Source of the DNA: an uncultured Bacilli bacterium
Lineage (GTDB): Bacteria > Bacillota_I > Bacilli_A > RFN20 > CAG-449
Direction of reading: 5' to 3'
NCBI GenBank assembly: GCA_944332225.1
Contig: CALVJO010000001.1
Coordinates: 46,566-110,565 of the forward strand
Length of the DNA: 64,000 nucleotides
Under the pieces are notes generated by a model. That model was not told the DNA's origin. It searched no databases and saw nothing but the letters and a program-made list of their open reading frames with translations. The position numbers and the translations under genes are program-made. Positions 45,580 to 55,622 of this stretch are shown here, piece after piece. The first letter of the stretch is position 1. Each line of letters opens with the position of its first letter.

Positions 45580-45966
45580 ATGTTGAATTCGGTAAATACA
45601 TATAAAGTGAATAAAAAGGCAAAACAGCATTGGCTTTTTTTACAAATCCTTTTAATTGCTATCTTATTTATATCAACTGTTTTATACATTTGCCCTCTTA
45701 AATATGTTCAAGTTTGGGAGCATCCTGGTGCATACTATAACGTTTTTCAATCAATTAATGGTGAGTATCAATGGATTCTTATAACTTCGATATGTTTAAA
45801 TATCGTGTATATCGTATATTCTTGCTTTTCATTTATGAAATTTAGAATGAATGGCAAACAAACTGTTAGAATTTTTAATCTTGTTTTGTTTGTTATATGT
45901 ATTATCTTCATAATTTTAACTTTCATTTTTGCTTTTATATATTCAAACAATTATCCAAAAGGGTAA
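45580..45966 (+). CDS. hypothetical polytopic membrane protein
   Basis: It has 3-4 hydrophobic helices and no recognisable motifs. The start is chosen at ATG 45580, downstream of a TATAAT at about 45555. The track ORF starts further upstream at 45532. Confidence 0.4.
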   Translation: MLNSVNTYKVNKKAKQHWLFLQILLIAILFISTVLYICPLKYVQVWEHPGAYYNVFQSINGEYQWILITSICLNIVYIVYSCFSFMKFRMNGKQTVRIFNLVLFVICIIFIILTFIFAFIYSNNYPKG

Positions 45967-46346
45967 ATTATTTGGTATATGTAATTACTACCATAAAATA
46001 TAGTTTTTTTGAAAAGCATTATAATAATTAAAACGTAGATTAAGCTTATTTCTAATTACGTTAACTAACGGAGGAAAGTATGGTTAAAGCTTTAATAGTA
46101 TTTTTGGCATAAATAATAATTGGATTAATTGTTTTAATGATCTTGGGATATGGAGGATTATTAATCTATCTACCAATTGAAATCGCTGCGATAGGTGCCT
46201 ATATAGTTTATATATTATCTAAAGATGATTTATGATAATTAAATTAATATTCATAATCTAGGTGCTTTACGTTTTCTATAAATTTAATAGACTTAATAAC
46301 CTTTTAATTTTATTACTTTAAAAAAACGTTTAAACTAAAGCTATCT

Positions 46347-46874
46347 ATGAACGTTAAAAATGTTTCTCCATCCAACATCGGTAATGTGATTTTATTCGAT
46401 AAAGCCCGTATAGAAGTTTTAAGCCCAAGGTTTATTCGCTTAGAAAAAGGAATGTATGTTGATAATATCACTCAAGGAGTTAAATCTAGAGACTTTCCTA
46501 AAGTTAAATTCTCTTATGAGCACGTAAATAATTCCTTAACAATATTTACTGAAGAAGCTACTTTTTATATATCTTTAAGATCTTTAAGAGTAAAAAAGGT
46601 AATCTATCGGGATATCAATTTAACTTTAAAATTTAATAAGTTTTATAGATATCAAAAAATATCATTATTAGATTTAGATATTAATTCTCTGATTAATGAT
46701 ATTGATAATAGATCTTTATTAATTTTTGATGATTCTAAGTCTTTGATTTATAAAAACAATCAATTTGTTAAACGCGATAGAAAAGATAAAGACTATTATG
46801 TTTATGCATATCAAAAAGATAAAGATGAATTAAAAAGATGCTTGTTGTTTTTAACAAGGATAGATGATAAATAA
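46347..46874 (+). CDS. hypothetical protein (175 aa, Lys-rich)
   Basis: The ORF is intact. There are no recognisable motifs. It has a weak RBS. Confidence 0.45.
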   Translation: MNVKNVSPSNIGNVILFDKARIEVLSPRFIRLEKGMYVDNITQGVKSRDFPKVKFSYEHVNNSLTIFTEEATFYISLRSLRVKKVIYRDINLTLKFNKFYRYQKISLLDLDINSLINDIDNRSLLIFDDSKSLIYKNNQFVKRDRKDKDYYVYAYQKDKDELKRCLLFLTRIDDK

Positions 46875-46983
46875 CTATAAAATTAAACATACGTAGTATG
46901 TTTAAAAACTAAATACATTAAAAAAAGAAGCTATTTTATCTATTTGATATTTAAATAGCTTCTTTTAGTAAATTTAATTATCT

Positions 46984-47346
46984 TTAAAGACTTGCTTTCC
47001 AAAGGCCATGAAGATTGCAATATTCAACAACTTCTAATAATTTTTCGCCTTCATCTAAGATAAATGATGCTCTAGGTTCATCGTTTGCGGTTAAATGTTT
47101 AATTCTTACTCCGTTAGAAGTATTTATCGCGATGAAAGAAACTAAGTGAGCTTCAGTCATAGGATGGATAGTTGATCCAACAACTACATTAACTTTATTT
47201 CCTTCGATGGTTACTACAGGAACATGTTTTTCAGTTGCCGCGTCGACTGTGTTTGGAACGAGCTCTTTCATGTTTTCACCTAAGCAAGCAGCTTCATGCG
47301 CGACGTAGATAACGTTTTTACAATTTTGACATTGATAGAATTTCAT
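46984..47346 (-). CDS. dfx: superoxide reductase (desulfoferrodoxin, 2Fe-type)
   Basis: It has an N-terminal desulforedoxin-like Cys4 (CQNCKN...C..C-type) and the SOR centre motif EKHVPV plus His/Cys ligands. 120 aa. RBS AGGAGAATAAATAT is present. Confidence 0.85.
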   Translation of the reverse strand: MKFYQCQNCKNVIYVAHEAACLGENMKELVPNTVDAATEKHVPVVTIEGNKVNVVVGSTIHPMTEAHLVSFIAINTSNGVRIKHLTANDEPRASFILDEGEKLLEVVEYCNLHGLWKASL

Positions 47347-47538
47347 ATATTTATTCTCCTTTTTTTCAGTATAGCATGGTTAAAATTTATAAATTGAATT
47401 TTTGATTAAAATTTGAATTAAATATTCTTTTATCGAAAAAATTCATTGTTTTTCACTTTAAAAAGTGAAATTTTACTCTTTTTTCTTTTCTAAACCGATT
47501 TATAATATTAATAAGAAAACAATTGGGAGGCAGATAAT

Positions 47539-48141
47539 ATGTCATTTGTTATTACTATTGGTAGACAATATGGTTCAGGAGGAAGATATATCGCTCAAGA
47601 ACTAGCAAAAAAATTAAAGATTAATTTCTATGATAATGAGCTTTTAACTAAAGCAGCTGAGAAAACTGGCTTAAGCGTCGATTACATTAAAGCTAACGAA
47701 GAAAAGAAGGATTCCTTATTTGCTTTTATGGGATTAAATGATGTCGATAATACCTTAACTGCAGTTCAAAAAGTATCTAACACACAGTTTGCTATAATTA
47801 GAAATCTTGCCTCAAAAGAGTCTTGTGTCATCGTAGGCCGTTGCGCGAATTATGTATTAAAAGACTATAAAAACGTTCTTAACGTCTTTATTCACGCGCC
47901 GATGGAGGATAGAATTCATCGCGCGGTTACTTACTATGGTTTAGATCCTAAGAAAGCAAAAGATTCAATTAAAAAAATGGATAAAAGACGCGCGGGATAC
48001 CATAATTACTTCACTGAAGAGAAATGGGGAGATGCGACTAATTATGATATTTGTTTAAATTCTTCTATCGGAATTAATGAATGCGTCGATATCATAATTG
48101 CCGCGGCTAAAAATAAATTTCATCTCAATTTAGAAGATTAA
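47539..48141 (+). CDS. cytidylate-kinase-like family P-loop protein
   Basis: MSFVITIGRQYGSGGRYIAQELAKKL has the P-loop GRQYGSGG. The 200-aa length fits the CMP-kinase-like family (PF13189-like). RBS GGGAGG is present. Confidence 0.7.
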   Translation: MSFVITIGRQYGSGGRYIAQELAKKLKINFYDNELLTKAAEKTGLSVDYIKANEEKKDSLFAFMGLNDVDNTLTAVQKVSNTQFAIIRNLASKESCVIVGRCANYVLKDYKNVLNVFIHAPMEDRIHRAVTYYGLDPKKAKDSIKKMDKRRAGYHNYFTEEKWGDATNYDICLNSSIGINECVDIIIAAAKNKFHLNLED

Positions 48142-48175
48142 GGAAAAATAAATTTTCTATCCGTATAATATCTAT

Positions 48176-48289
48176 ATGAAAGAGCCAAGAAGTAAAAAAC
48201 AAAATCGATTGATATCCATAGGTTGTTTAGCTGTATTTATCGCTTCTATTTTGTTTTTAATCGTGTTTCTTTTGATTTATGTTTTCTAG
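48176..48289 (+). CDS. candidate 38-aa single-TM small protein immediately upstream of tilS, possibly a leaderless mRNA
   Basis: It reads MKEPRSKKQNRLISIGCLAVFIASILFLIVFLLIYVF. TATAAT lies at 48164-48169, only 6 nt before the ATG, and there is no SD. The stop TAG directly abuts the tilS ATG. Confidence 0.25.
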   Translation: MKEPRSKKQNRLISIGCLAVFIASILFLIVFLLIYVF

Positions 48290-49492
48290 ATGAATTTATC
48301 TAAAGATAAAAAGTATTTATTAGGATTATCGATGGGCAGCGATTCGCTTAGCCTATTCTCTATGCTTCAAAAAGAAGGATATGTTTTTTCCTGCGCGATA
48401 GTTAATTATCATTTCCGTAAAGAAGCAGATGATGAAGTAAATTTAGCTAAAGAAATATGCAAAAAAAATAATATAGATATCTATGTGAAGGATAGTTATT
48501 TTAAAAAAGGCAATTTTGAAGATTTTGCTAGAAATGAACGATATGAATTTTTTAAAGAACTTGTCGATAAATATCATTTTGATGAAGTGTTAATCGCTCA
48601 TAACAAAGATGATTTAATTGAAACATATCTTCTTCAAGAAAAGAGGGGAATCGTATCTTACTATGGGCTTTTAGAAGAGACATATATTAAAGGATGCAAG
48701 ATCAGAAGACCTCTTTTAAATTATTATAAAGATGAATTAGAACAATATTGTAAAGATAATAACCTTCCTTACTGTATCGATAAGACTAACTTTGACACTA
48801 AATATCAAAGAAACAAGATTAGATCTGAATTAAAACTTCTTAGCAAAGAAGAAAAAGAAAAGATAGTTAACCTCGTAAAAGAAAAAAATAATAGATTAAT
48901 TGAAGATAACGCCTTGATTGAAAAAATAATTGATAACAATAAAGTTGCTCTAAAGGTTTTAGATACTTTAAATGAGGATCAAAAGGTTAGATTACTTTAC
49001 CAATTTATTAAAAAATATAATCAAAACTATATTTTAAAAACTAGTTTTGCTAAAGAGATATTAAGCCAAATTAATAAGACGCAAGGCAATAAAAGTTTCT
49101 CTCTAGGAGAAGGATTATTGATTGTAAAATTATATGATTGTTTAAGAATAGTTAAAATTGAAAACTATAATTATACAGTGGAGGTTGATAGACCTTCTAT
49201 TGTTGAAAATAGATTTATTTACTTTGATTTAACAAAAAATTTAAATTTATTTTACTTAAATGATGATTCATTTCCTCTTAAGATTGAAAATGTTAAGGGA
49301 GATGAAATAATCTATCTAGGCAAAGTGAAGAAAAAAATTAATCGATTGTTCATCGACGAGAAGATTGATTATATAAAAAGACTTTACTGGCCTAAGATCA
49401 TTGACCGTCATGGAAAAATCGTCTTTGTCCCTAGAACGACAAAAAACCAAAATAACAACTTTGTTGTTAAAGACCTTGATGGTGTGATATAA
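48290..49492 (+). CDS. tilS: tRNA(Ile)-lysidine synthetase
   Basis: It has the PP-loop LLGLSMGSDS and sits in the conserved position upstream of ftsH. 400 aa. Confidence 0.85.
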   Translation: MNLSKDKKYLLGLSMGSDSLSLFSMLQKEGYVFSCAIVNYHFRKEADDEVNLAKEICKKNNIDIYVKDSYFKKGNFEDFARNERYEFFKELVDKYHFDEVLIAHNKDDLIETYLLQEKRGIVSYYGLLEETYIKGCKIRRPLLNYYKDELEQYCKDNNLPYCIDKTNFDTKYQRNKIRSELKLLSKEEKEKIVNLVKEKNNRLIEDNALIEKIIDNNKVALKVLDTLNEDQKVRLLYQFIKKYNQNYILKTSFAKEILSQINKTQGNKSFSLGEGLLIVKLYDCLRIVKIENYNYTVEVDRPSIVENRFIYFDLTKNLNLFYLNDDSFPLKIENVKGDEIIYLGKVKKKINRLFIDEKIDYIKRLYWPKIIDRHGKIVFVPRTTKNQNNNFVVKDLDGVI

Positions 49493-49535
49493 TCAACAAG
49501 ACTTTTTAATCTAACCGAGAATATAGGAGGAATAA

Positions 49536-51671
49536 ATGAACGACAAAAAGAAATCATCAAGTTTTCTATCATATATAGTTCCATATCTTTTAGTGGCCGT
49601 GGTGATTGGCTTATTGATCTTCTTCTTTGGCAATTTTAGACAAGTTGAAACTAAAAACCCAGCGATTCAAGATGTGATAACCGTGACTATGAGCCGTGAT
49701 GAATACGTGGCAAGCAGTCAAAATTCTGAAGCCGCGGGGGCTGAATATGACGCGAAAATTCAGTCTTCATGGCTTTATACAGCAAATATACATGAACTTA
49801 ATCAAACATCTAGACCATCTTCTGATATTTTGACTTTAACTGGTTACTATAGTGAGAATGAAGTAAATTATCGCTTTAATTTAACATTAACTTATTCAAC
49901 ATCTATCGATTGCGTTTCGGAAATTATTAGAACTAGACCAGGAAAAGAAGCTAATACAGCATACTTTACTGATGAAATTTATAGTATAGTCGACCCTTAC
50001 GCATCGAGCTGGCTAGATTATCTTCCATCGATATTATTGATGGCAGGTGGATTTATCTTAGTCATATTCTTGTTCTCAAGAATGTCTTCTTCGATAAATA
50101 AATCTAATAATTCAGCTTTAGACTTTAATCGTTCTAGAGCTAGAAAAGAAGATTCGTCTCCTGTTAGATTTAATGATGTTGCAGGATGCGATGAATGTAA
50201 ACAAGAGATGGTTGAACTTGTAGACTATCTTAAAAATCCAGATAAATATTCTAAATTTGGAGCAAAGTTACCAAAAGGTGTTTTACTTGTTGGACCTCCA
50301 GGAACTGGAAAAACTTTATTAGCTAAAGCGGTAGCTGGAGAAGCTCATGTTCCATTTTATTCAATATCAGGTTCTGACTTTGTTGAAATGTTCGTCGGTG
50401 TCGGCGCGGGCAGAGTTAGAGATATGTTTAAAAAAGCTAAACAGACAGCACCTTGCCTCATCTTCATCGATGAAATTGATGCGGTAGGTAGACAGCGTGG
50501 AGCAGGCCTTGGAGGAGGCAACGATGAAAGAGAGCAAACTCTTAACCAATTATTAGTCGAGATGGATGGTTTCGGAGACAACACCGGGATTATCGTAATC
50601 GCCGCGACTAACCGTGATGATGTTCTTGACCCAGCTTTATTAAGAGCAGGTAGATTCGATAGAAAAATCACCGTTGACTTACCTGATAAAGAAGGTAGAG
50701 AGGCTATTTTAAAGGTTCACGCGAGAAATAAAGTCATCGCTAAAGACATTGATTTTGAAAATATCGCTAAGAGAACGGTTGGTTTCTCTGGAGCTGATTT
50801 AGCTACTATTCTTAATGACGCGGCTATCTTAGCAGTTAGAGCTAATAAAAACGAAATCACCATTAAAGATATCGATGAGGCTATCGATCGTAGAATTGCT
50901 GGTCCAGCGAAATCTAATAAATCATTATCTCCTGAAGAAAAGAGAATGATAGCGTTCCATGAATCAGGACACGCGATTATCGGATTAAAGATTCCTTATT
51001 CTGATAAAGTTCAAAAGGTTACCATCATTCCTCGTGGTAGAACAGGTGGGCACGTCTTGATGACTCCTGAAGATGATCGCTTCACGATGACTAAAAATGA
51101 ACTTGAAGCGAGAATCATCGGTTATTTAGGTGGAAGAGCATCAGAAGAAATCTTCTTTAAAGATGTTTCAACCGGCGCGAGCAATGATATTGAAGTCGCA
51201 ACTAGAATCGCAAGAGCGATGGTCACTCAATATGGAATGTCATCTTTAGGACCTATTCAATATGAATCTGATCAAAATTCAGTTTTCTTAGGTAGAGATT
51301 ATAATAACGTTCAAAAGAATTTCTCCTCTCAAGTGGCTAATGAAATAGATGCGGAGGTTAGAAAGATAATTGAGCACGCTCACCAGGTTGCTCTAGATAC
51401 GATCACTAAATACGCGGATCAAGTTACCTTAATCGCGGAGACTTTGATTCAAAAAGAAACTATAACCGCGGAAGAGATTAATTATTTAGTTGAGCATGGT
51501 ACCTTACCTCCTCAATCAGTAAATGATATTGATCCTGCTAAGGTGAAAGTTGACGTAGTATTAAACCATGAAGAGAATAATCAAGGTTCTGAAGAGATAA
51601 AAAATGATGAACCAACAGTAGATGCAACTGAAGATAATAATTCATCTAAAGAAGATAATAACCAACAATAA
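49536..51671 (+). CDS. ftsH: ATP-dependent zinc metalloprotease FtsH
   Basis: It has 2 TM helices, an AAA+ module (GPPGTGKTLLAKAVAGEA, DEIDAVG), the SRH region and the HESGHA zinc site. RBS GGAGGAATAA is present. Confidence 0.95.
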   Translation: MNDKKKSSSFLSYIVPYLLVAVVIGLLIFFFGNFRQVETKNPAIQDVITVTMSRDEYVASSQNSEAAGAEYDAKIQSSWLYTANIHELNQTSRPSSDILTLTGYYSENEVNYRFNLTLTYSTSIDCVSEIIRTRPGKEANTAYFTDEIYSIVDPYASSWLDYLPSILLMAGGFILVIFLFSRMSSSINKSNNSALDFNRSRARKEDSSPVRFNDVAGCDECKQEMVELVDYLKNPDKYSKFGAKLPKGVLLVGPPGTGKTLLAKAVAGEAHVPFYSISGSDFVEMFVGVGAGRVRDMFKKAKQTAPCLIFIDEIDAVGRQRGAGLGGGNDEREQTLNQLLVEMDGFGDNTGIIVIAATNRDDVLDPALLRAGRFDRKITVDLPDKEGREAILKVHARNKVIAKDIDFENIAKRTVGFSGADLATILNDAAILAVRANKNEITIKDIDEAIDRRIAGPAKSNKSLSPEEKRMIAFHESGHAIIGLKIPYSDKVQKVTIIPRGRTGGHVLMTPEDDRFTMTKNELEARIIGYLGGRASEEIFFKDVSTGASNDIEVATRIARAMVTQYGMSSLGPIQYESDQNSVFLGRDYNNVQKNFSSQVANEIDAEVRKIIEHAHQVALDTITKYADQVTLIAETLIQKETITAEEINYLVEHGTLPPQSVNDIDPAKVKVDVVLNHEENNQGSEEIKNDEPTVDATEDNNSSKEDNNQQ

Positions 51672-51683
51672 TTAAATTAAAAA

Positions 51684-51730
51684 TAAGGAGCTAATCTTTC
51701 TTATAAAGAGAAAAGAAGCTCCTTTTTTCT
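51684..51730 (+). terminator. probable terminator after ftsH
   Basis: AAGGAGCT, a 24-nt loop, AGCTCCTT, followed by TTTTTTCT. Confidence 0.45.
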
Positions 51731-51764
51731 AGTAAAAAAAAGATAATTTAGTATACTTGAAAAG

Positions 51765-52739
51765 ATGAATAATAAACCTTTTATTATAGCCGCGCCGCTC
51801 GCAGGATATACCAATTTAGGATATAGACGTTTTCTTAAGACTTTTGGAGTCGATTTAACGGTATCTGAGATGATTTCAGACTTTGCTTTAATCTACCATA
51901 ATAAAGAAACTTTAAACATGGTAAAAACTTCTCTTGATGAAAGACCGGTCGCTCTTCAATTGTTTGGAGGAAGCAAAGAAACTCTTTTAAAAGGATTAGA
52001 AGTTCTTCAAGAAGTAGCTACTTACGATTATTTAGATTTAAATTTTGGTTGTCCAGTTAATAAAGTTTTTAAAAATAATGCTGGTTCTGCTTTTTTAAAA
52101 AAAGAAAGAAGAGATGAATTATTTGAAACTGTTCAAGCTATTGTTAATCTATCTAAAGTCCCGGTTAGCGCAAAGATTCGCTTAGGAATTAATGAAGATA
52201 ATATTAATGTTGTAGAAACCTGTAAGATTTTAGAAAAAGCAGGAGTTAGTTTAATTACTATTCACGGTAGAACTAAAGCTCAGCTTTATGCTGGCAAGGC
52301 TAATTATGATTATATTAAATTAGCTAAGGAAGCAGTTAAGGTTAAAATAATAGCTAACGGAGATATTGATTCACTATCTAAAGCTATAGAAGTTTTAAAT
52401 TATACCAAAGCTGATGGAATTGCTTTAGGAAGGGGAATCCTCGGTAATCCATATTTAATAACTCAGATTAAACGTTATTATGAAGACGGAACTATATTAA
52501 AAGACCCAACTTTAAAAGAGCAATTAGAGTATTTAAAACAACATTATTCTCTTTTAAAAGAAACTAAGAATGTTGATCGCGCGATAATAGAAATGAGGGG
52601 GATTGCCCCTCATTATCTAAAGAGATTTACGAATATTAAGAAGTATAAAGTCAAATTATCAATGATTAAGAATGAAGATGAATTAATGTCTATAATCGAT
52701 GAAATTTTGTTTGATGAATCAATCAAGACAATTATTTAA
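51765..52739 (+). CDS. dusB: tRNA-dihydrouridine synthase
   Basis: It has the TIM-barrel Dus motifs PLAGYTNLGYR, LNFGCPVNKV and IHGRT. 324 aa. Confidence 0.85.
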   Translation: MNNKPFIIAAPLAGYTNLGYRRFLKTFGVDLTVSEMISDFALIYHNKETLNMVKTSLDERPVALQLFGGSKETLLKGLEVLQEVATYDYLDLNFGCPVNKVFKNNAGSAFLKKERRDELFETVQAIVNLSKVPVSAKIRLGINEDNINVVETCKILEKAGVSLITIHGRTKAQLYAGKANYDYIKLAKEAVKVKIIANGDIDSLSKAIEVLNYTKADGIALGRGILGNPYLITQIKRYYEDGTILKDPTLKEQLEYLKQHYSLLKETKNVDRAIIEMRGIAPHYLKRFTNIKKYKVKLSMIKNEDELMSIIDEILFDESIKTII

Positions 52740-54153
52740 ATTCAAATTCATAGAAAGAAAGTTTTCCCTTCCCATTAAATGTGATGAATAACGGGGAAAC
52801 TTTTTTAATGATTGATAAAGTTCCGTTAAAGGTTGTTTTATTCTTACAAGGAGAAATTTTGATTTTTCCAATTATGGAACCATCTTCATCATCTTTAATG
52901 ATCATCTCTCCTCTAAACGTTCCTTTCACGACAACAGACATCATTAAGACTCGTTTATCAAATGAAAAATATTTATATCCGATTGTCGCATGTCGCGATA
53001 GGTTTTTAATATATTGAGTTTCCTCTTCTTCATTATCGTTTCTTTCTTGAGTGATGAAAGGATGAGAAAAGGCAATAGGTCTAATAACCTTATAAAAGAA
53101 AATTCCTTTATCCGTATATAAATTGCAGCATATAGAAGCATGATAACTTCTATTAGCTAATAAAGGTTTACCGTTTAATCCTTGAGAAGTCATCTCAGCT
53201 TGAGCAAAATGTAATCCATCAAAAGTTAATTTCTCCGCGCACATCTGTCTAGCAAAGGAATTCTTATGAGTTTGACGATGGTAGAAAATATAATATTCAT
53301 TATTTAAACATAATAATGAGCCGTGATTATTACCATAGTAATTAGTTTTATGGTCCTTTAATCCTTCGTCGCAGTTAGAGACGAGGACACCTCCATAGAC
53401 AAAGTCTCTATCAGGATAAGAACTTATCGCGTAGCAAAGATCATGGTTATTGAATGATGAATAAATGAAGTAGTATTTATCATTAATCTTACGCATAGAA
53501 GAAGCTTCAAAGAATTCATGCCCTTCAAAATCTGTTCCTTTTGCGTTATAGATAGTTTTACAAATATAAGAAGGCCCTTCTTTAATGGTTAACATATCAT
53601 CATCTAAAACGAAGACCATCGCGCCTTTATCAGTGTTCTTTCTTCCATGAAGACCGAATCTTTGAACTGAACCATATCCTGAATAAAGATAGATTTTCTT
53701 ATCATCATCGATAAAAATTGCAGGATCAAATTGAAGATACTCATTTAAGTCTCCAAGCTTAGTCCCATCTTTATATTTAACGTTACCATAATATTCAAAT
53801 GGACCGTCTGGAAACTTTGATTTAGCTACCCCGATGTGACCTGAGAAACCTAATGTGTAATATAGATAATAATTACCATCATTTCCCTTGCAACAATCTG
53901 GAGCGAACATAACGTTCATGAATCCACCTTTATACTCTGGATCCTGACTTTTCTTATAGGAAATACCCTTGCTTGACCAAGATGTTAAATCATCAATTGG
54001 ACAAGAATAGACAATATAATCATTTAAGCAAAACGATATTCCTTTAAATTTATCGTGAGAGCCGTATACATAGATACGATTATCAAATACGTGAGGCTCA
54101 GGATCTGGAATATATTCATAGTTTGGTAGAATAGGATTAGTTATCTGCTTCAT
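52732..54153 (-). CDS. glycoside hydrolase family 43-like protein (beta-xylosidase / alpha-L-arabinofuranosidase family)
   Basis: The N-terminal NPILPNYEYIPDPEPHVFDNRIYVYGSHD fits the GH43 five-bladed propeller start (NPI.PG...DPS....D.YY). A C-terminal beta-sandwich follows. RBS GAGGAAAAAAT is present. Confidence 0.65.
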   Translation of the reverse strand: MKQITNPILPNYEYIPDPEPHVFDNRIYVYGSHDKFKGISFCLNDYIVYSCPIDDLTSWSSKGISYKKSQDPEYKGGFMNVMFAPDCCKGNDGNYYLYYTLGFSGHIGVAKSKFPDGPFEYYGNVKYKDGTKLGDLNEYLQFDPAIFIDDDKKIYLYSGYGSVQRFGLHGRKNTDKGAMVFVLDDDMLTIKEGPSYICKTIYNAKGTDFEGHEFFEASSMRKINDKYYFIYSSFNNHDLCYAISSYPDRDFVYGGVLVSNCDEGLKDHKTNYYGNNHGSLLCLNNEYYIFYHRQTHKNSFARQMCAEKLTFDGLHFAQAEMTSQGLNGKPLLANRSYHASICCNLYTDKGIFFYKVIRPIAFSHPFITQERNDNEEEETQYIKNLSRHATIGYKYFSFDKRVLMMSVVVKGTFRGEMIIKDDEDGSIIGKIKISPCKNKTTFNGTLSIIKKVSPLFITFNGKGKLSFYEFEFK

Positions 54154-55622
54154 ATTTTTTCCTCAAGGGGTTTAGTAGTTAAGTAAAGTTCTTGATATCT
54201 TTTGAACTTTTTTAAGTATTTTAAATGATTTTTTGAATTAGGATAATAAGTTTCATTATCTTTTATGAGCTCGGAGCAAGCATCTTCAATGCTTGGGTAT
54301 AATTTATCCCCGACCATAGCTAAGATCAACGCGCCTAAAGCTCCTCCATCTTTAGTGTTAATCGTCTTGATTTCAATATTAAAGATGTCGGCTAAAATCT
54401 GTAAGAGAGCTTTTGATTTACTTCCTCCTCCAATCACCCGTGCTGAAGTAACTAAAAGGCCGTTTTCTTTCATAACTAAGTAAACATCATATAAGGAAAA
54501 ACAGATTCCTTCTAAAACAGCTTTAACTAAATCACCTCTTTTATAATAAAGGGAAAGATTAGAGAAATATCCAGATGCTTTTGGATCATTAATCGGGCTT
54601 CTTTCGCCGCATAGATAAGGTAAGAAGATGATGTTTGAGATTTCATCTGGTAAAGATGATAGTTCTTTAACATAATCATCGGTGTTTAAAATGTCTTCTA
54701 AGAACCATTTTAGAGATCCCATCGCAGAAAGCGTGCAACCTAGGAAATGGAATTTTCCTGAAGCATGTCTAAAGGTATGAACTCTTCCTAGTCTATCATA
54801 AGCATAGTTATCTAAAGGAGCAAAGACAGTTCCTGAAGTGCCTAGAGAAATCGACATAGTATTTTCTTTTACGGTGTTTGTTCCAATTCCACCTATAGCT
54901 TGATCTCCTCCTCCGATGATTACTAGACATGAGGAAGGTAGATTAACTAGTTCTTGATATATTGGTAAAACGTGACCAATTACATCGTATGAAGAATATA
55001 TTTTAGGTAATTGCTCTTCTTTAATAGATAAAATATCTAGCATGTATTTTGAATATTGTTTCTTGGATACATCGAAGAATAATGTTCCTGATAAATCAGA
55101 AATATCAGAAGCAAAGATATTAGTTAATCTATAGGCTAGATAATCCTTTGGAAGCATGATTTTATTAATTCTTTCAAAATTTTCTTTTTCATGCTTTTTT
55201 ACCCAAAGAAGCTTCGGCGCGGTGAACCCGCATAAAGCGATATTTCCAGTTTCTTCAATTAATTTATCTTTTCCGATTACATTATTGAGGTAATCAACCT
55301 CTTCTTCCGTCCTAGAATCATTCCAGAGAATCGCATTACGGATCACTTTATCATCTTTATCTAGTAAGACTAAACCATGCATTTGACCTGAAAAGGATAA
55401 GGCCCTTACTTTTGAAAGATCATTACGCGCGGATAAAGTTAATAAAGCTTTAATCATTCCGTTATACCATTCATTTGGATCTTGTTCGGAATAATTTAAT
55501 TGAGGCAAGATTAAAGGATAGTCTTCAGATGCTGAATCGATAATATTACCTTTTTCATCACCTAAGGAGACCTTGATAGAAGAAGTTCCTAAATCAATTC
55601 CTAGATAAAATTTCTTATTCAT
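54150..55622 (-). CDS. xylB: xylulokinase (FGGY family)
   Basis: [20 protein letters not shown] is the FGGY N-terminal motif. 490 aa. It is adjacent to xylA. Confidence 0.85.
   Translation of the reverse strand: MNKKFYLGIDLGTSSIKVSLGDEKGNIIDSASEDYPLILPQLNYSEQDPNEWYNGMIKALLTLSARNDLSKVRALSFSGQMHGLVLLDKDDKVIRNAILWNDSRTEEEVDYLNNVIGKDKLIEETGNIALCGFTAPKLLWVKKHEKENFERINKIMLPKDYLAYRLTNIFASDISDLSGTLFFDVSKKQYSKYMLDILSIKEEQLPKIYSSYDVIGHVLPIYQELVNLPSSCLVIIGGGDQAIGGIGTNTVKENTMSISLGTSGTVFAPLDNYAYDRLGRVHTFRHASGKFHFLGCTLSAMGSLKWFLEDILNTDDYVKELSSLPDEISNIIFLPYLCGERSPINDPKASGYFSNLSLYYKRGDLVKAVLEGICFSLYDVYLVMKENGLLVTSARVIGGGSKSKALLQILADIFNIEIKTINTKDGGALGALILAMVGDKLYPSIEDACSELIKDNETYYPNSKNHLKYLKKFKRYQELYLTTKPLEEKI

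Noticed and set aside
45232-46984. AT-rich stretch with small hypothetical genes, considered as a possible mobile or prophage remnant
   Set aside because: No integrase, transposase, recombinase, direct repeats or att-like duplication is visible. Composition is not clearly different from the rest of the window. It is kept as hypothetical genes only.
52759-52802. Imperfect hairpin (AAGTTTTCCC...GGGGAAACTT) as a dusB terminator
   Set aside because: It lies within the 3' coding end of the GH43 gene and has a mismatch in the stem. It may still act as a terminator for dusB, but it cannot be distinguished from coding sequence.
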